From a virus (lineage: Duplodnaviria > Caudoviricetes): DNA of 46,739 nucleotides. How positions within the stretch are numbered: position 1 is the first letter of the stretch; each line of letters opens with the position of its first letter. Below the pieces are notes generated by a model. That model was given only the letters and a program-made list of their open reading frames with translations. It searched no databases and was not told the DNA's origin. Where the stretch lies: the IMG/VR virus record IMGVR_UViG_3300037882_001209, positions 1-46,739 of that record, one strand, 5' to 3'. Shown piece by piece: positions 44,109-46,739 of the stretch. The translations under genes were made by a program, and so were the position numbers.

Positions 44109-44471
44109 CTACTCTACAAAGTCTGCAAGTCCGTCTAGCAGATCGGTGGTCTTTGCCACAGAAATCGCAACTACTCCAAGTGGCACCACAGAGAGGATTG
44201 TGGGTGGGGTGGCAGTGGATAGGTTTAGCTTGACTAGCCCAACGATATCGCCGTTGGGCCGCCGCACTTGCTGTTGCGTGATGATGGCACCATCATCTAG
44301 AGGCTGGTCGATCAGCTCAAAGGTGGCGTCACGAAGAGCCGGGATGGCGTCGAGCGGGCAAATAGTACTGTTGTACGACACCACACCGAGCGCATAGTCA
44401 ATGTTGCACAGAGACGGGTCTGTGAAGGAGGCAGCGTTTTCGTAGAAAGCAAACTGGGTAACACGAGCCAT
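44109..44471 (-). CDS. hypothetical protein
   Basis: CAGGA RBS, 120 aa. Confidence 0.65.
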   Translation of the reverse strand: MARVTQFAFYENAASFTDPSLCNIDYALGVVSYNSTICPLDAIPALRDATFELIDQPLDDGAIITQQQVRRPNGDIVGLVKLNLSTATPPTILSVVPLGVVAISVAKTTDLLDGLADFVE

Positions 44472-44504
44472 TATTCTTGTTCCTGTTGGCAGGGTTAAGC
44501 TTAG

Positions 44505-45140
44505 TTAGACTATGACTTGTTTATTGCAGTCTGAAGGTGTAACGCCCTCCATGATCCCCGGGCAGCGCTCATTATATGAGGCCGAAAGGGTTTGCAGGGC
44601 ATTTAGCTCTGTATCTCTATTAAAACAATCACCCATTACGCAAGCCCCTATAGCGTCTGCTACCAGTTCCGGGGGCAAACTACTCGCCGCTTGCACACAT
44701 GCAGCACATGCAAGCGCATAACGCTGGGCCTCCTTTCCATGGAAGTCGATGTCTGCTAGCAGTTCCTTACATTGCTCCTCGGTACAAGGCTCTCTGTGCG
44801 AGTGCCCGGACCCCCAGTCGGTACCGCCGCCATCTGATGCAATTGCCTGCTCTGCTACCTGCTCTGCGATAATCTGTGTGGCGATTCCCATTGCTAGTTG
44901 GGTCCCACTAACAGCGTCCACATTCTTGCCGTGGCCAAACCGCGGAAAAATAGACCAGATAATCTCTGGAGTTTCTAGATCCGCTTGATGAGTAGTGTAA
45001 GTAGTAAGCGCAGGCTGCTCTAGTGTGCCAGCAGTCCCCACAGGGCCAGGGTCTACGTAAGTAGCCTGGCCGCGGCCGGGCCCGGTAACGTCACTAAAGC
45101 TTTTTCCGTTGCCAGAACTCCAACCAACTCCTAGGCCCAT
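44505..45140 (-). CDS. hypothetical protein with Cys-rich helical C-terminus
   Basis: TAATG coupling to the upstream gene; 8 Cys in the C-terminal half. Confidence 0.65.
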   Translation of the reverse strand: MGLGVGWSSGNGKSFSDVTGPGRGQATYVDPGPVGTAGTLEQPALTTYTTHQADLETPEIIWSIFPRFGHGKNVDAVSGTQLAMGIATQIIAEQVAEQAIASDGGGTDWGSGHSHREPCTEEQCKELLADIDFHGKEAQRYALACAACVQAASSLPPELVADAIGACVMGDCFNRDTELNALQTLSASYNERCPGIMEGVTPSDCNKQVIV

Positions 45141-45529
45141 TACGAACCTACCGTGTACTCAACCGCCCCGGTAACAAACCCGGTACCAAGCGTAGAACCG
45201 GATGTTAGCGACACTAGCCAGCCAAAGCGCATGTAACGCGCTGCCACTGTAGAGACAGTGGTGTAAGCCGAAGCGTCTAGACAGCCATCAGCCGTAATGA
45301 CAGAGCCGATAGGGTTAGCAGCACTAGGATTACGGGGATCGTTGCACAGCTGGACACCAGGACGACACTGGAAATTCCCAGTCTTACCACGAAGCTCTCC
45401 GTAGCCACGGAAAGAACCTACCTGGTTAGTAGACATCCAACCCGTAGTGGGAATGAATACTTCTGTGATGGAAGCAGCAGCTAGAGTACCGCCATCGATG
45501 GAGACCTTGGAACTCTTAGGACACGACAT
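45140..45529 (-). CDS. hypothetical beta-rich protein
   Basis: AAGGGA RBS, 129 aa, ARYMRFGW jelly-roll-like segment. Confidence 0.7.
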   Translation of the reverse strand: MSCPKSSKVSIDGGTLAAASITEVFIPTTGWMSTNQVGSFRGYGELRGKTGNFQCRPGVQLCNDPRNPSAANPIGSVITADGCLDASAYTTVSTVAARYMRFGWLVSLTSGSTLGTGFVTGAVEYTVGS

Positions 45530-45636
45530 GGAGGTTTCCCTTTGTTTTGAGAGGATTTTTTGGGAGATTTAGATATTATCGTGTTGTAGCAGCCCGGCCC
45601 GCGCGCGGTACCATATTTGCCGCTACGTTAATTGGG

Positions 45637-45683
45637 GTGATTGCGCTAGCGGCCATACTCACAGTAGCCGCTAGCGCAATCAC
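45637..45683. repeat. perfect 17-bp inverted repeat
   Basis: GTGATTGCGCTAGCGGC (45637-45653) / GCCGCTAGCGCAATCAC (45667-45683). Confidence 0.85.
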
Positions 45684-45812
45684 TTAAGGGCGCGGGCGAT
45701 CGTTGTCCACACAGACAACGTACCGAACAGCACCATGCAGGTCATACCAACCAACATAGTGCCTATCGCGCAACCATAGACACCCGCTATGGTCACTAGT
45801 ACTACAGTGTCG

Positions 45813-45833
45813 GGAGGGGGATAAGCCCCCTCC
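45813..45833. repeat. 8-bp hairpin just downstream of the 45839..46378 stop
   Basis: GGAGGGGG-ATAAG-CCCCCTCC. Confidence 0.6.
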
Positions 45834-45838
45834 ATAGC

Positions 45839-46378
45839 CTATGCCTCGGCGGTTGCGGTCTCGGGTGCACCTTCGTCCGAGTCGTCGTCGTCGCCGGACG
45901 GTGCACCCTTGGCCGCGTGCGCCGCTTCCAGCTTGGCACGCCGCTCGCGGTCTTCGGGGGTGAGCGGAGCGAGCGTGACGGTGACCACGTTTCGAAACTC
46001 CTCGTCGGGCACTTGGCTGAACGCCGCGGACAAGCCGCAACGGTAGGCCAGCGTGGCCGCTTCACCGCGACCCGCCCAGACGGACTGATTTACCACGTAG
46101 GTGGCGGGCAGCGCGCCTGCTGCACGCGGCGTACGGATGTCCTTCGCCGAGAGGACCAGCGGCTGGCCCTCGGGCAGGTTGACCGTACCGTCTTCGTTGA
46201 CGGTACACCCACGTGCAACGAGCATGTCGCGGAAGATGTCCGCCTTGACCGAGCCCTTGACCCGAGTGCTGGACTCGCGCCCCTGAAGCCAGGCCAGCGA
46301 GAGGATCAGATTGCCGCCCTTGACGGTACCGGCTTCCACGATCTCTGCAATCTCGGCCTTCGTGAACTTGACGCTCAT
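45839..46378 (-). CDS. GC-rich hypothetical protein with acidic tail
   Basis: GGAG RBS before ATG 46378; strongly G/C-ending codons. Confidence 0.75.
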   Translation of the reverse strand: MSVKFTKAEIAEIVEAGTVKGGNLILSLAWLQGRESSTRVKGSVKADIFRDMLVARGCTVNEDGTVNLPEGQPLVLSAKDIRTPRAAGALPATYVVNQSVWAGRGEAATLAYRCGLSAAFSQVPDEEFRNVVTVTLAPLTPEDRERRAKLEAAHAAKGAPSGDDDDSDEGAPETATAEA

Positions 46379-46505
46379 GACACACTCCATAGCCCCTATG
46401 GGCCGTCCTTTGTTGTTTGTCGCATAGTACTATCGGCGCTATGCGGGCGCCAACCACGAAAGATTGACAAGCCTGTATCCCGCCGTAACCAGCGGGCGAA
46501 CCTTC

Positions 46506-46724
46506 CTAATACCCGGGCCCAGGGAACCCGAGCGACCCCACTACCCAACGGGGCCAGTGTCCAGCATGCTGCTGACACAACTCGCGCCATTCGGCAAGCG
46601 TACCGCTAGCGCCTCCGTAGGTATCCTCCGGATCCCCCCCTACGTCTACCCAGTCGACTACCCCGGCCCGCGTCTGTTCGCGGTACCACGTAACTGTGTA
46701 GCGGTCAGCCGCTACACAGCACAC
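46506..46724 (-). CDS. hypothetical protein, start uncertain
   Basis: GAGG upstream of GTG 46724; 72 aa. Confidence 0.4.
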   Translation of the reverse strand: MCCVAADRYTVTWYREQTRAGVVDWVDVGGDPEDTYGGASGTLAEWRELCQQHAGHWPRWVVGSLGFPGPGY

Positions 46725-46739
46725 TACCTCACGATCCCC

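Larger units (their letters stand above)
1855..44192. repeat. dispersed asymmetric motif, consensus CACCACAGGG (reverse CCCTGTGGTG)
   Basis: Manual scan: about 59 ACCACAG, 34 ACCACAGG and 20 ACCACAGGG copies over both strands. Confidence 0.88.

Noticed and set aside
1855-44192. Dispersed motif as DnaA boxes or E. coli Chi
   Set aside because: It shares only CCACA with TT(A/G)TCCACA and is not GCTGGTGG; the conserved flanks (CA before, GGG after) differ and the sites are not clustered at an origin.
46406-46442. Third copy of the late promoter (TCCTTTGT-N20-CGGCGCTAT on +)
   Set aside because: Only a partial match, opposite orientation and no convincing downstream gene within the window.
22401-46609. 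Numerous + strand ORFs over the structural arm (and - strand ORFs over the replication arm), including 45917..46609
   Set aside because: Antisense shadows of well-supported genes with Ser/Pro/Arg-rich composition, no RBS and no motifs.
1-46739. Genome-wide TAG reassignment (genetic code 15/16)
   Set aside because: Core genes are full length in code 11, many end in TAG with the next gene out of frame (e.g. 3007, 4358, 14015, 39851), and no CUA suppressor tRNA is present; only one or two local cases exist.

Overview
The window looks like a nearly complete genome of a long-tailed (siphovirus-type) dsDNA phage; the host cannot be named from the sequence. The + strand (about 1-22340) carries small early genes, four tRNA genes, an SMR transporter and a deaminase. 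It then carries a replication/recombination module: RepB-type primase-helicase, RuvC-like resolvase, SNF2 helicase, nucleotidyltransferase, PD-(D/E)XK nuclease, Sak4-like ATPase, SSB and a family A polymerase with an N-terminal uracil-DNA glycosylase domain. A Dam-like methylase, a dATP/dGTP diphosphohydrolase and ThyX follow. The - strand (about 46700-22400) carries terminase, portal, XkdF-like protease, capsid, tail, endolysin, a metallophosphoesterase and a trypsin-like protease; the two arms meet at a bidirectional terminator near 22370. The strongest unexplained signals lie below gene level. (1) An asymmetric motif, consensus CACCACAGGG, is dispersed on both strands through coding and intergenic DNA; by eye there are about 34 exact ACCACAGG copies against 1-2 expected. 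(2) CTAG, normally rare in bacteria and phages, is several-fold over-represented. Both signals fade in the GC-rich termini. Also notable: one in-frame TAG splitting a tail carbohydrate-binding domain, a one-base frameshift at a CTAG in the deaminase, an atypical tRNA(UAU), two candidate structured RNAs, a conserved late promoter and a -1 frameshift in the tail chaperone. All counts are manual and all protein calls rest on motif recognition, not database searches.
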